Source: Roseibacillus sp. (lineage in GTDB: Bacteria; Verrucomicrobiota; Verrucomicrobiia; Verrucomicrobiales; Akkermansiaceae). From it: a DNA stretch of 64,000 nucleotides. Every line of letters starts with the position of its first letter. The first letter of the stretch is position 1. Positions 1 through 9,537 of the stretch are shown here, one piece after another. A program made the position numbers and the translations under genes. The DNA is taken from NCBI GenBank assembly GCA_051251855.1, contig JBPOGI010000001.1:1536001-1600000 (forward strand), given 5' to 3'. Under the pieces are notes generated by a model. The model saw only the letters and a list, made by a program, of their open reading frames with translations, was not told the DNA's origin and did not search any database.

Positions 1-75
1 GATCTTTGAATCTTCATTTTGTTTTCGGATTCGAGAGTAAAGAGAAGTAAGTTCCGTGGGGCTTGGATTGATTAA

Positions 76-107
76 GAGGTGGCCCAGTATGGAAACCAGA
101 CCACCTC
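76..107 (-). terminator. Hairpin downstream of the 690-aa surface protein gene, possible intrinsic terminator
   Basis: Minus strand GAGGTGGTCTGG-tttccata-CTGGGCCACCTC forms a 12-bp stem with G-U pairs; the T tail is weak (TTAAT). Confidence 0.4.
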
Positions 108-129
108 GTGGATTGCCCGGAAAGGATAA

Positions 130-2202
130 CTAGGGACGCTCGACGCGGTAGAAACGCTTAGTTTGGCCAACTGCACTAGCATCAGTAAAGGTCAGGGTAG
201 TGGAAGCACCAGTTCCTGGTCCAGAAGTCACCAAATTGGCGGAGAATGGGTCCCCGTCCAAATCGCTGGAAGCACGCACCTCGTAGCTCACCGCATCTTC
301 AGAGTTGAAGGTGATAGAACCAGCCCCAGTAGTTGGGTCAAAGGAACAATCTGTGATAACAATTTCATCGGAAGGAACCACCACTTCGGTATCCAGAATC
401 GAGCCATTGATAACAACTTCGTCCACCCAAGAGGCAGGCGCATTGTTGAAGGCGGCACTGAAACCGATTTCAGCCAACTTTTCGTTGCCACCGGTCGGTG
501 CACCTACTCGCCAGAGCGAGAATGGCTCGGAAGTAGCCACGGTAGCTCCGATATCATCTTGAATTTCAAGAACAGTGCTCGGATAGGGAGTGCCCCACCC
601 TTTTCCTGTTATCTTCAGCTTGTGAACAATTCTAGTATCACCGGCTTCAAAGATGCCATTTCCATTCACATCAGTAGAAGCGGCCAAGGCCCCTCCCATC
701 TGTGCATCACTGAGAACATTGTCCCAGGTGAAACCTGCTTCATTACCATTTCGTGCCTGCCAGTTTCCACCTTGGTAGCGGAGGTTCAATCGCTGGGAAA
801 CTACGCCCTCGGAATCAACACTAGAGAGAATCACGCTGAAAAGACGCTGCCCAGCTGTGCCTTCGGAAATCGCAAAGTCACAATTGACTTCAAAGTTGCT
901 CAACTGCGTGGGCAAGTCCGCACTCATGTCGGAACCAGCTGACCCACCCGGATTGTTGGGGTTGTCAGTGATGCCTCCGGCTACTCCCTGCAAGAAGGCT
1001 GCGGTAGTGCTTCCCGCCAGTAGACCGGGCACATCCATCACCTCTGCCGCCGCTGCGAAGTCGTCATCGACCTCATCCCAGTCCGCGAACGTATCCAAGT
1101 CATCTCCCGGGCTCGTGCCGGGAGTTTCGAAGTCTCCGTTGACGAGCACATCACTCGCCGTCGAAATCGGCACTCCGCCCGCTACCACGACATCGAAGGT
1201 GGCATTATCAGGGTCATTGCTGGAGATGGTTAAAGTTCCTTCTTCGTAGTCTCCGCCAGCAGTGCTGTCCCAGGAGACCGTGATTGTTTCTTGCGCTCCC
1301 GGCGCGACCGAAAATGCTCCTGCGGGAGAAGTCACTGAAAATCCAGTTCCGGCAACAGCGATTCCGCTCACCTCAAGGTTGTTGACCTCGGCATCATTGC
1401 TGATGACGAAGGTGGTCGTACCAGTTGTTGCAGGACTCTCGGGGCAAATGAAATCCGGATTCTCATCAACAACGATGGTAGGAACGTTGTCTACGATTGG
1501 GGCATCATCGATGGTCACCACAATGGCATCAATTCGCGGGAAAAGACTAGCCCCGTCCCCCTGAACAAACTGAAAGCCGAAATAGAGAGTCTTCCCAATA
1601 TCGTCGGCCGTTATCTCATAGAGATTCTCGACGTTTCGGATCGTCCATTGCCCATCGTTGGCTCGGTCAACCTCGTAGTCATCTTGGCCGAGAATCGTAG
1701 TCTCACTTCGGACCAGAATTTCATCAACAGGAACTTGGGAACCCAAATCTTCGATAGTCTCGAAGATAAAGGTCTGCATGACCTCGTCTCCGTCCCAATT
1801 TGCTGCTCCACCGCCGGCACCGAAATCATAGCTCACCTTGAATACTTGGCCCACATCCCCTGCCACGACAGTGTGACCGACATCATTGGCTGCAAAGCGA
1901 TTATTGAAAGGCATCGCTGCAACTACGGGAGGATGAGCTGGATCCGTTGAACCATTACTTGCAGTACTAAAAGTAAAAAACTGGGAAGACTCATCGCTTC
2001 CATCAGCACTGCCCGTGATGAAAAACCAATTGGGAGTATCCGTGTAATTCGCTCGGTCCGAGTTTGTCGAGTTGGACAAATCAGAAGCGTTAAAATTCGC
2101 ATTGCCGACGGTACCGCCAATGACGGTAGTTTGACCGACTGCGACTGCAGATAGCGACATCAGGAATGCTCCTGCCAATAATCGAGTTTTCGTATATTTC
2201 AT
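130..2202 (-). CDS. Secreted acidic surface protein with a choice-of-anchor D/ASH-like Ig domain, lectin-like domains and a Verrucomicrobia-type C-terminal domain
   Basis: Signal peptide MKYTKTRLLAGAFLMSLSAVAVG; 'FVISND...FSVAPGAQETITVSW...GTLTISSNDPD' pattern; 'NGDFE' CBM-like start; ends YEVRASSDL...KRFYRVERP. Confidence 0.75.
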   Translation of the reverse strand: MKYTKTRLLAGAFLMSLSAVAVGQTTVIGGTVGNANFNASDLSNSTNSDRANYTDTPNWFFITGSADGSDESSQFFTFSTASNGSTDPAHPPVVAAMPFNNRFAANDVGHTVVAGDVGQVFKVSYDFGAGGGAANWDGDEVMQTFIFETIEDLGSQVPVDEILVRSETTILGQDDYEVDRANDGQWTIRNVENLYEITADDIGKTLYFGFQFVQGDGASLFPRIDAIVVTIDDAPIVDNVPTIVVDENPDFICPESPATTGTTTFVISNDAEVNNLEVSGIAVAGTGFSVTSPAGAFSVAPGAQETITVSWDSTAGGDYEEGTLTISSNDPDNATFDVVVAGGVPISTASDVLVNGDFETPGTSPGDDLDTFADWDEVDDDFAAAAEVMDVPGLLAGSTTAAFLQGVAGGITDNPNNPGGSAGSDMSADLPTQLSNFEVNCDFAISEGTAGQRLFSVILSSVDSEGVVSQRLNLRYQGGNWQARNGNEAGFTWDNVLSDAQMGGALAASTDVNGNGIFEAGDTRIVHKLKITGKGWGTPYPSTVLEIQDDIGATVATSEPFSLWRVGAPTGGNEKLAEIGFSAAFNNAPASWVDEVVINGSILDTEVVVPSDEIVITDCSFDPTTGAGSITFNSEDAVSYEVRASSDLDGDPFSANLVTSGPGTGASTTLTFTDASAVGQTKRFYRVERP

Positions 2203-2651
2203 GGTTTCTAGGTTCAGCTTAGTTCTATGCGGTAATTTTCCCTGAGGATTGGCACATCATCACAAAAACATTGCGAATCGTAGTGGAGGCAGCCCTTCTT
2301 GCTGATTTTAGCAACTTGGAAAACCTCACTGCAGATGGATATAACGTGCAAAGACACCACTTAGTAACTCCACTACCGATGCAAACCTAACGCAATCCGG
2401 GCCAATTTTTACAACGGAGGATGAAATTCGTAAGATTACCATAGTTGGAGGAACGGAATGTCCAACTTTCGAGGGATACACGCGAGATAAGAGTGAAGAA
2501 AGAGAGCGTCCCCCACTCCGACTTTTCCCTCACCCCCCTCTTCTCTACCCGTATTCGAGACCCAAAAGGAGAAACCATTGGCCCCAGGAAGTCCTCGCTT
2601 GGCACCGGCTCCTTTTAGCAATATGACTAAGCTGAACCGCCAGTCTCCTTC

Positions 2652-3572
2652 ATGTCTCTTGTCACCTCTCGCGAAATATTTCCTGATCGTTCTGTCCCCG
2701 TGGCAGTGGATTCAGTGACCGAGCGCCGCCAGATTCAGAGCAACCTTCATCGTCACGAATACCTCGAACTCCTCTTTGTTTATCGCGGGTCCCTCGTCAA
2801 CAAGTTCGTGAATAGTGAAATTTCCCTCGCTGCAGGCGATTTGGTTCTACTGAAGCCCTACGTCCGACACTTTCTTGAACTTGAAAACAATCAGGCACCC
2901 ATGCTCGCCTACTGTTGCAGCTTCCTCCCCGAAATCGTCGATTCTGGCATTCGCTCACTTTCGGAGGCCTCGGGAGCCAATCCCGGCCATCGCTACCTTT
3001 TTCAACCCTTTCTCGCCCTAACTGACGAGAACACCTCAGCGGTACAAATTCAACTGTCCAAAGCCGAACGAGAGGAAGTTTGCGAGCGACTTTCAATTCT
3101 CAGCGAATTATCGAAGAATCCCGATGCCAGCGCGAGTGCTCAAATCCGCTGTCGTTTCCAAAGTCTCCTAGCCTACATCTCCGACTATTGCACCCGTTCC
3201 GGCCAGACTCCCGATCAGATTCAGGCCGGCTCCGCAGGCACCAACGCTCGCTTCCGACCAAAATTACAAAAGACGCTGAACTACATTCATGATCACGCGG
3301 ACGAATCGCTGGCACTCAAAGAGATGGCCTCCATGTCCGGCACCTCCCCCACCTATTTTTGCCAGCTTTTCAAGCACGAAACAGGAATGACTTTCCTGCA
3401 ATACCTTAACGACTTGCGGATCCAGAATGCTTGCACCCTGCTCCGCGAGTCAGGAGACAGCATCACCGAAATTTGCTACCGGGTAGGCTTCAATGATTAC
3501 TCGCACTTTAGTCGCCTCTTCAAAAAGCACGTTGGCCAATCAGCAGCTGAATTTCGGAAAAAGGGGGCTTAA
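2652..3572 (+). CDS. AraC/XylS family transcriptional regulator with N-terminal cupin domain
   Basis: N-terminal HRHEYLEL cupin motif; C-terminal HTH signature 'ITEICYRVGFNDYSHFSRLFKK'. Confidence 0.93.
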   Translation: MSLVTSREIFPDRSVPVAVDSVTERRQIQSNLHRHEYLELLFVYRGSLVNKFVNSEISLAAGDLVLLKPYVRHFLELENNQAPMLAYCCSFLPEIVDSGIRSLSEASGANPGHRYLFQPFLALTDENTSAVQIQLSKAEREEVCERLSILSELSKNPDASASAQIRCRFQSLLAYISDYCTRSGQTPDQIQAGSAGTNARFRPKLQKTLNYIHDHADESLALKEMASMSGTSPTYFCQLFKHETGMTFLQYLNDLRIQNACTLLRESGDSITEICYRVGFNDYSHFSRLFKKHVGQSAAEFRKKGA

Positions 3573-3590
3573 TCCACTTTCTTGCAGCGC

Positions 3591-3630
3591 TCCAGAGATT
3601 AGCAATGCCAATTGCAAAATGTGCAATGTC
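3591..3630 (+). promoter_or_regulatory. Putative AraC-family tandem operator upstream of the anhydrogalactose operon
   Basis: GCAATGCC at 3602 and GCAATGTC at 3623 are direct repeats exactly 21 bp apart. Confidence 0.4.
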
Positions 3631-3690
3631 CCCCCATTCATTGTCCGCTAGTTTTCAAATGTCGTCTAGCAGACCCAACGCGCGCCTAAC

Positions 3691-4857
3691 ATGACTATCA
3701 CCTCTTCCAAAATCACGGCCATTCGAACCTATCGTCTGCAGCACGAACTGGAGGAACCTTTTGGCTTTTCGCAATGGTTCTACGACAAGCGAAATGCACT
3801 CTTGGTTGAGATTGAAGACAGCGATGGAAACGTTGGCTGGGGTGAATGCTATGGTCCCTCAGAGGTAACCCAATCCGGTCTCCACTCTTTCTATGCCCCC
3901 TTGCTCATTGGCTGGGACCCTTTGCAGAATGAGGCCGCATGGCAACACTGCTGGCGCGCCTCTCTAGACTTTGCCCGCAAAGGAGTGATGATGGGAGCAA
4001 TATCTGGCATAGATATGGCGCTGTTAGACCTCAAGGGCAAAATTCTGGGCGTCTCCGCTTCTGAACTCATGGGTGGCCGCGTTCGCGACTCCATCGATTG
4101 CTACGCCACTGGAATGTATTTCAAGAACGCCTCTGAGTCCGAATTGTTAGATACCATTCTCAAAGAGGCCGCTGGCTACGTCGACCTTGGTTACGGCGCC
4201 CTTAAAATTAAGGTCGGAAAGAACATGGCCTTTGATGAAAAGCAGGTCCGCGCTATGCGGGAAACATTCCCCGATATCACTCTGATGGCGGATTCCAATC
4301 ATGCCTATGACCTTCCCGAAGCCATCGCGATGGGTCGGGTGCTCGACGAATGCAGATACTCTTGGTTTGAGGAGCCGCTCTCTCCCAATCATGCCGGCCT
4401 TTTTGGCAAGCTCGCTGAAAAACTGGACATCCCCCTTGCAGCCGGCGAATGCGAGCAAACCCGATGGGGTTTTCAAGACCTGGTCAGCGCTGGTGGTATT
4501 CATATCGCCCAGCCAGACCTCGCCTACTGTGGCGGACCCACCGAGGCTCTCAAAATTCGCGCCATCACCTCCTCTCATGGAGTCAACGTTCTCCCTCACG
4601 CTTGGGGCACCATGCTCAACCTCGCTTCCGCCACCCACTTCCTCGCCAGCACCTACGTCGAGCCTGGTCGTGCCGAAGCCGCGCATCCGCTTCTCGAAGT
4701 CGATCGCACTCCCAACCCCCTGCGCGATGAAATGTATTCAACCGCTCTCGAAATCGAGAATGGCGTAGTATCCGTACCCACCGCACCAGGCCTCGGAGTT
4801 GAACCCGACCGAAAGGCGCTCGAAAATTTCTGCGTTCAAAAAACCGAACAAAAGTAA
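3691..4857 (+). CDS. Mandelate racemase/muconate lactonizing enzyme family protein, probable 3,6-anhydrogalactonate cycloisomerase
   Basis: [25 protein letters not shown], metal ligands D(SNH)/E(EP)/GE, PH and C-terminal PGLG; context of ALDH, eda, kdgK and GH127. Confidence 0.8.
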   Translation: MTITSSKITAIRTYRLQHELEEPFGFSQWFYDKRNALLVEIEDSDGNVGWGECYGPSEVTQSGLHSFYAPLLIGWDPLQNEAAWQHCWRASLDFARKGVMMGAISGIDMALLDLKGKILGVSASELMGGRVRDSIDCYATGMYFKNASESELLDTILKEAAGYVDLGYGALKIKVGKNMAFDEKQVRAMRETFPDITLMADSNHAYDLPEAIAMGRVLDECRYSWFEEPLSPNHAGLFGKLAEKLDIPLAAGECEQTRWGFQDLVSAGGIHIAQPDLAYCGGPTEALKIRAITSSHGVNVLPHAWGTMLNLASATHFLASTYVEPGRAEAAHPLLEVDRTPNPLRDEMYSTALEIENGVVSVPTAPGLGVEPDRKALENFCVQKTEQK

Positions 4858-4866
4858 CCCGTCGCT

Positions 4867-6261
4867 ATGCAAACAATTCCCATGCTGATTGACGGAAAAG
4901 CCGTCACCACCGATGCTATTCTCGATGTCGTCAATCCGGCAAACGGCGAAGTCTTCGCTCAAGTCCCCGACATGACCGAGGCCCAGGCTCAAGACGCGCT
5001 TACCGCCGCAGATAATGGCTTCAAGGTCTGGTCTGCGATGTCTCCCGGCGAACGTCGCTCCCTCATTCTCAACTATGCCGATGTTCTTGAAGCCGAAAGC
5101 GAGCGCCTCATCGCTCTTTTGATTGAAGAAACCGGCAAACCCCAAGACAACGCGGAGTATGACTTCGGAATGCTCGTCACTTGCCTGCGCTACTTCGTGG
5201 AAGAAGTGGAGCGTCTCGACCAGCCTGTCCTCCACGATCCCGATGGTCGCTTTCTTCACTACCTGCAACGGCAACCTTTGGGTGTGGTGGTTGGCTTCCT
5301 CGCCTGGAACTTTCCCCTGCTCAATGTGGGCTACAAAATCGGACCCGCCTTGGCTGCCGGTTGTAGCATCATCCTCAAGCCCGCCACTCTCACTCCGGTG
5401 GCTTCGCTCGAAGTGGCTCATCTCGCAAAGAAAGCAGGGATTCCCGACGGAGTCATCAATGTCGTTACCTGCGGCAACCATGAAGTCCCCAAGGCTCTCG
5501 TCGAAAGCGAGATTCCCGAGCTGGTCACTATGATTGGTTCCACTCGCGGAGGGCTGGAAGTGATGAACAACTCGCTGACCACCGTGAAACACTTCTCTGT
5601 CGAGCTTGGAGGCAATGCTCCCGTCCTCGTCTACCCTGATGCCGATGTTGAAATGGCGGCCAACAAAACCGTGGACCTGAAATTTGCCAACAGCGGCCAA
5701 GTCTGTGTCTCACCTAACCGCTGCTTTGTGCATGAGGACGTCTACGACGAATTCATTGCCGCTGCCAAAAAGCGCGCTGCTGAAGTCGAGATCGGACCTC
5801 TGATATCGGACAAAGAACGCCAACGCATTATCGAAGTGGTCGAACAAGCCAAGTCTTCTGGTGCGGAAGTGGTCTGCGGTGGCAACGCTGTTGATGGCGC
5901 AGGCTACTACATGGAGCCTACTATCCTCAGCAATGTCAGTCGTGCCATGCGAACCAGCTGCGAGGAAATCTTCGGACCCGTCCTTCCCATTCTCAAGTTC
6001 AGCGATGCCGACGACGAGATCGCGCTCGCCAACGCCACGGAGTTCGGGCTCGCGGCTTACATTTTTACCACCAACCTCTCCACCGGACTGCGCGCAGCCC
6101 GCGACATCAAGTCCGGCAGCGTGTGCGTGAACGAGCCCCACTATTCGGTACAACTTCCTCACGGCGGCCTCAAACAAAGCGGCATCGGAAAAGACTGCTC
6201 CAAATACAGCCTCGAGGAGTATCTCACTCTCAAACGAATTTCCGTTCTCATCGAAAACTAA
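4867..6261 (+). CDS. NAD(P)-dependent aldehyde dehydrogenase, probable 3,6-anhydrogalactose dehydrogenase
   Basis: WNFP, ELGGNAP, catalytic GQVCVSPNR, EEIFGPV; operon context. Confidence 0.82.
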   Translation: MQTIPMLIDGKAVTTDAILDVVNPANGEVFAQVPDMTEAQAQDALTAADNGFKVWSAMSPGERRSLILNYADVLEAESERLIALLIEETGKPQDNAEYDFGMLVTCLRYFVEEVERLDQPVLHDPDGRFLHYLQRQPLGVVVGFLAWNFPLLNVGYKIGPALAAGCSIILKPATLTPVASLEVAHLAKKAGIPDGVINVVTCGNHEVPKALVESEIPELVTMIGSTRGGLEVMNNSLTTVKHFSVELGGNAPVLVYPDADVEMAANKTVDLKFANSGQVCVSPNRCFVHEDVYDEFIAAAKKRAAEVEIGPLISDKERQRIIEVVEQAKSSGAEVVCGGNAVDGAGYYMEPTILSNVSRAMRTSCEEIFGPVLPILKFSDADDEIALANATEFGLAAYIFTTNLSTGLRAARDIKSGSVCVNEPHYSVQLPHGGLKQSGIGKDCSKYSLEEYLTLKRISVLIEN

Positions 6262-6265
6262 CATC

Positions 6266-6904
6266 ATGTTTCCCGAAGATATCATCACCCGCTTAGAGAA
6301 GACCCGCATCGTAGCCGGATTTTCCATCGACAACGTCGAGCACGCTGTGCCGCTGGCAAAAGCCCTGCTCGCTGGTGGCATCGAAGTCATCGAGCTCACT
6401 CTGCGCACCCCTCAAGGCATCGATGCCGTGCGCGCCATCGCCTCCGAGGTGCCAGAAATCCTCATCGGAGTCGGCACCATCCTCACTCCCGAGCAAGCGC
6501 AAGAGGTCAAAAATGCAGGCGGCCACTTTGGAGTCGCTCCGGGCATGAACCCCAAAATCATCAAAGCGGCCAAGCAGGTCGGCCTCCCCTTCGCGCCAGG
6601 CATTGCGACTCCTTCCGACCTCGAAGCAGCCATCGAGCTTGGTTGCCGTTTCGTGAAGTTCTTTCCCGCCGACGCCCTCGGCGGAATCCCCTACCTGCGT
6701 GCTATGAGCGCTCCCTACAAGCACCTTGGCATTCAGTATTTCCCTCTTGGCGGCGTCAATGCCTCTAACATGAAGGAGTATCTCGCCGAACCAAATATCC
6801 CCACCATCGGCGGCTCTTGGATTGTGCAAGGAAGCCTCGTTGCCTCCGAAGACTGGGCCGGGATCACCGCACGTGCGGAAGAAGTCACCAACGCTTTAAA
6901 ATAA
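6266..6904 (+). CDS. eda: KDPG/KHG-type aldolase
   Basis: IELTLRT, GVGT, TPSD, KFFPA and PLGGV motifs. Confidence 0.9.
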   Translation: MFPEDIITRLEKTRIVAGFSIDNVEHAVPLAKALLAGGIEVIELTLRTPQGIDAVRAIASEVPEILIGVGTILTPEQAQEVKNAGGHFGVAPGMNPKIIKAAKQVGLPFAPGIATPSDLEAAIELGCRFVKFFPADALGGIPYLRAMSAPYKHLGIQYFPLGGVNASNMKEYLAEPNIPTIGGSWIVQGSLVASEDWAGITARAEEVTNALK

Positions 6905-6913
6905 CATCTCACC

Positions 6914-8005
6914 ATGAGCAATATCGTCGTCACTTTTGGAGAAATCATGGCCCGCATGGCCGCGCCGGATAACATGCGCCTTCGCCAAACCCGAACCATT
7001 GATGTCACCTACGCAGGTGCGGAGGCAAGCGTCTCAGCCTCTATTTGCAACTTTGGTGGTCAGGCCCGTTACGTCACTGCCCTTCCCAAGCATGCCTTGG
7101 CTGAAGCAACCGTCGACTCCGTTCGTGCCGTCGGAGTAGACACCAACTCCATCCTTCGCACCGACCAAGGTCGCCTCGGTGTCTACTTCCTCGAAACGGG
7201 AGCAAACCAACGACCCAGCAACGTCATCTACGACCGCGCGGACTCCGCCATCGCGATCACTCCTCCCGACCAATACGATTGGGAAAGCATTTTCCAAGGC
7301 GCGAGCTGGCTCCACCTTAGCGGGATCACCCCCGCTCTTTCGGAAAACGCCGCCGAAGCGACTCTCGTCGCCGCGCAAAAGGCCAAGGCCGCCGGAGCCG
7401 AGGTCTCCATCGACCTCAACTTCCGAGGCAAGCTGTGGGCTTGGAGTGAAGGAAAGAGCAATCGTGAACTTGCCCAAGAAACGATGCGCAAAATCCTCCC
7501 CTTCATCGATGTTGTCATCGCAAACGAGGAAGATTGCCACGACGTTCTTGGTATTCGCGCAGGTGATACCGATGTACATGCTGGAGCACTCGATACCTCC
7601 CGCTACCCCGATGTCGCCCGTCAGGTGGTCGCTCAATTTCCGAACGTCAGCAAAGTCGCTATCACTCTTCGCGAGAGCTACTCCGCCTCCCACAATAACT
7701 GGGGTGCCATGCTCTACGATGCCCAATCCGATGCGGCTTCATTCGCCCCCCTCGACAGCGACGGAAACTATCAGTCCTACGAAATCAAGAACATCGTCGA
7801 TCGCGTCGGTGGCGGCGATTCGTTTGCAGGCGGATTGATTTTCGCGCTCACCACCCCCGAACTCAGCGAGCCCCAAACTGCCGTCAAATACGCGGTGGCC
7901 GCATCCTGTCTAAAGCATTCTATCAAAGGAGACTTCAACTTCAGCACCCGCTCCGAGGTCGAAGCCCTCATGGGCGGCTCGGCGTCCGGTCGCGTGGTGC
8001 GATAG
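6914..8005 (+). CDS. kdgK: PfkB family 2-keto-3-deoxy-sugar-acid kinase
   Basis: FGEIM, AGAEA, DLNFR, ANEED and DRVGGGDSF motifs. Confidence 0.88.
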   Translation: MSNIVVTFGEIMARMAAPDNMRLRQTRTIDVTYAGAEASVSASICNFGGQARYVTALPKHALAEATVDSVRAVGVDTNSILRTDQGRLGVYFLETGANQRPSNVIYDRADSAIAITPPDQYDWESIFQGASWLHLSGITPALSENAAEATLVAAQKAKAAGAEVSIDLNFRGKLWAWSEGKSNRELAQETMRKILPFIDVVIANEEDCHDVLGIRAGDTDVHAGALDTSRYPDVARQVVAQFPNVSKVAITLRESYSASHNNWGAMLYDAQSDAASFAPLDSDGNYQSYEIKNIVDRVGGGDSFAGGLIFALTTPELSEPQTAVKYAVAASCLKHSIKGDFNFSTRSEVEALMGGSASGRVVR

Positions 8006-8040
8006 TCAGACATCGTTTTCGGAAAAGCTTCTCCCTCCCA

Positions 8041-8070
8041 ACGGTGCCTACAAATCGGGCACCGTTTTTT
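8041..8070 (+). terminator. Rho-independent terminator of the catabolic operon
   Basis: ACGGTGCC-loop-GGCACCGT followed by a T run. Confidence 0.8.
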
Positions 8071-8087
8071 ATTCCCACCACTTCACT

Positions 8088-9476
8088 ATGAAATCACTTC
8101 TCCTCAGCATTCTCTCCGTCGCTCTCGCCTCTGCAAACGACGCACCGCCCAACATTGTCCTCCTCTTTGCCGACGATGCTGGCTATGGCGACTTTGGCTT
8201 TCACGGCAGTACGCATTTCCAAACTCCTCACCTCGACAAGCTAGCTCAATCAGGAGTGCTCCTTTCACAATTCTACGTCACTGGGGCCACCTGTGGACCC
8301 TCCCGTGCCGGTATGCTCTCTGGAATCTATCAACAGCGCTTTGGCTTTGAGGAAATCAACGTTCCCGGCATCATGAGCGACCGCAGCAAGCTCCTCGGCG
8401 ACGAGATGGGCCTTCCCACTGACCTCAAAACGATGGGCGACTATCTCCAAGACCTCGGCTATTACACGGGAATCTTTGGAAAGTGGCACATGGGAATCGC
8501 CGAGCGCTACCACCCCCTCAAGCGTGGATTTAATGAATTCTATGGCTTCCGTGGCGGAGCCCGCAGCTTCTTTCCTTACCCAAACCCCAAGAAGGCCGAC
8601 CCCGCCAACCTCATGGAGCGTAACTTCGAGGAGTTCCAAGAGCACGAAGGCTACCTCACCACGGTTTTAGGTGAAGAAACTTGTCAGTTTATCGAGAGGA
8701 ATAAGGACAAACCCTTCTTCGCCTATGTTTCTTTTACCGCAGTTCACACTCCCATGGAGGCAGACCCCCAAGACGAGGACCAATTCCCCCAACTCAAAGG
8801 AGACCGCCGCACCGCCGCTCAGATGACTCTCTCCATGGACCGAGCTTGTGGGCAGATTATCGATAAACTGGATGAGCTGGGCTTGCGTGAGAACACCATC
8901 ATCGTCTTCACCAACGACAATGGCGGCCCCATGGATAAGAACGGTTCCAGCAATTTTCCCTTTGCAGGAGTGAAAGGCACTCAACTTGAAGGCGGCCTCC
9001 GCGTGCCCGGCCTCATTTCATGGCCAGCCCAACTTCCACAAGGGAAAGTCTACCAAGAAGTCAGCAGCACCCTCGACCTAATTCCGACCTTCGTCGAAGC
9101 TGGCGGTGGAAACCCAGGCGAAGTAGCAGATCTCGATGGCGTGAACCTCTTGCCCTATCTCCGAGGCGAGAATCAGGAATCTCCGCACTCCATCCTCCAC
9201 TGGAAAATGGAAACCAGAGGAGCCATGCGTGAAGGCGATTGGAAATTCATTCGCTACCCTGACCGACCAGCAGAACTCTTTAACCTCGCCAACGATCCCG
9301 GCGAGCAAACCAACCTCGCCATCTCCGAGCGGGCGCGTCTCGAAGAGATGTTCAAAAAGCACTTCCAATGGGAGATGACCCTCGAACGCCCCCTCTTTCT
9401 TCTGCGCCGTCAAGAAGAGGGCTGGTCCTCCCGCCGGGCTAATCAGTTCCGCCAACCTCCTGCCGAGGACTACTAG
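8088..9476 (+). CDS. Secreted family S1 Cys-type sulfatase resembling S1_19 carrageenan G4S sulfatases
   Basis: Signal peptide; DD; CGPSRAG; GKWH; DNGG; 'QQRFGFEEINVPG' segment recalled from S1_19 enzymes (subfamily not verified). Confidence 0.85.
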   Translation: MKSLLLSILSVALASANDAPPNIVLLFADDAGYGDFGFHGSTHFQTPHLDKLAQSGVLLSQFYVTGATCGPSRAGMLSGIYQQRFGFEEINVPGIMSDRSKLLGDEMGLPTDLKTMGDYLQDLGYYTGIFGKWHMGIAERYHPLKRGFNEFYGFRGGARSFFPYPNPKKADPANLMERNFEEFQEHEGYLTTVLGEETCQFIERNKDKPFFAYVSFTAVHTPMEADPQDEDQFPQLKGDRRTAAQMTLSMDRACGQIIDKLDELGLRENTIIVFTNDNGGPMDKNGSSNFPFAGVKGTQLEGGLRVPGLISWPAQLPQGKVYQEVSSTLDLIPTFVEAGGGNPGEVADLDGVNLLPYLRGENQESPHSILHWKMETRGAMREGDWKFIRYPDRPAELFNLANDPGEQTNLAISERARLEEMFKKHFQWEMTLERPLFLLRRQEEGWSSRRANQFRQPPAEDY

Positions 9477-9510
9477 AAAAAAGGCCGTCCCCGTTGAAAA
9501 GGGACAGCCT
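9477..9510 (-). terminator. Intrinsic terminator between the convergent sulfatase and GH16 genes
   Basis: Minus strand AGGCTGTCCC-loop-GGGACGGCCT followed by a T run. Confidence 0.75.
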
Positions 9511-9537
9511 GAAAAATCAAGTTCTCAAAAAAAGAGC

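Noticed and set aside
3691..8005. Agarose (3,6-anhydro-L-galactose) pathway
   Set aside because: No GH117/GH50/GH86 or SDR pair in the window; GH127 and the sulfatases favour the D (carrageenan) route, though this is unproven.
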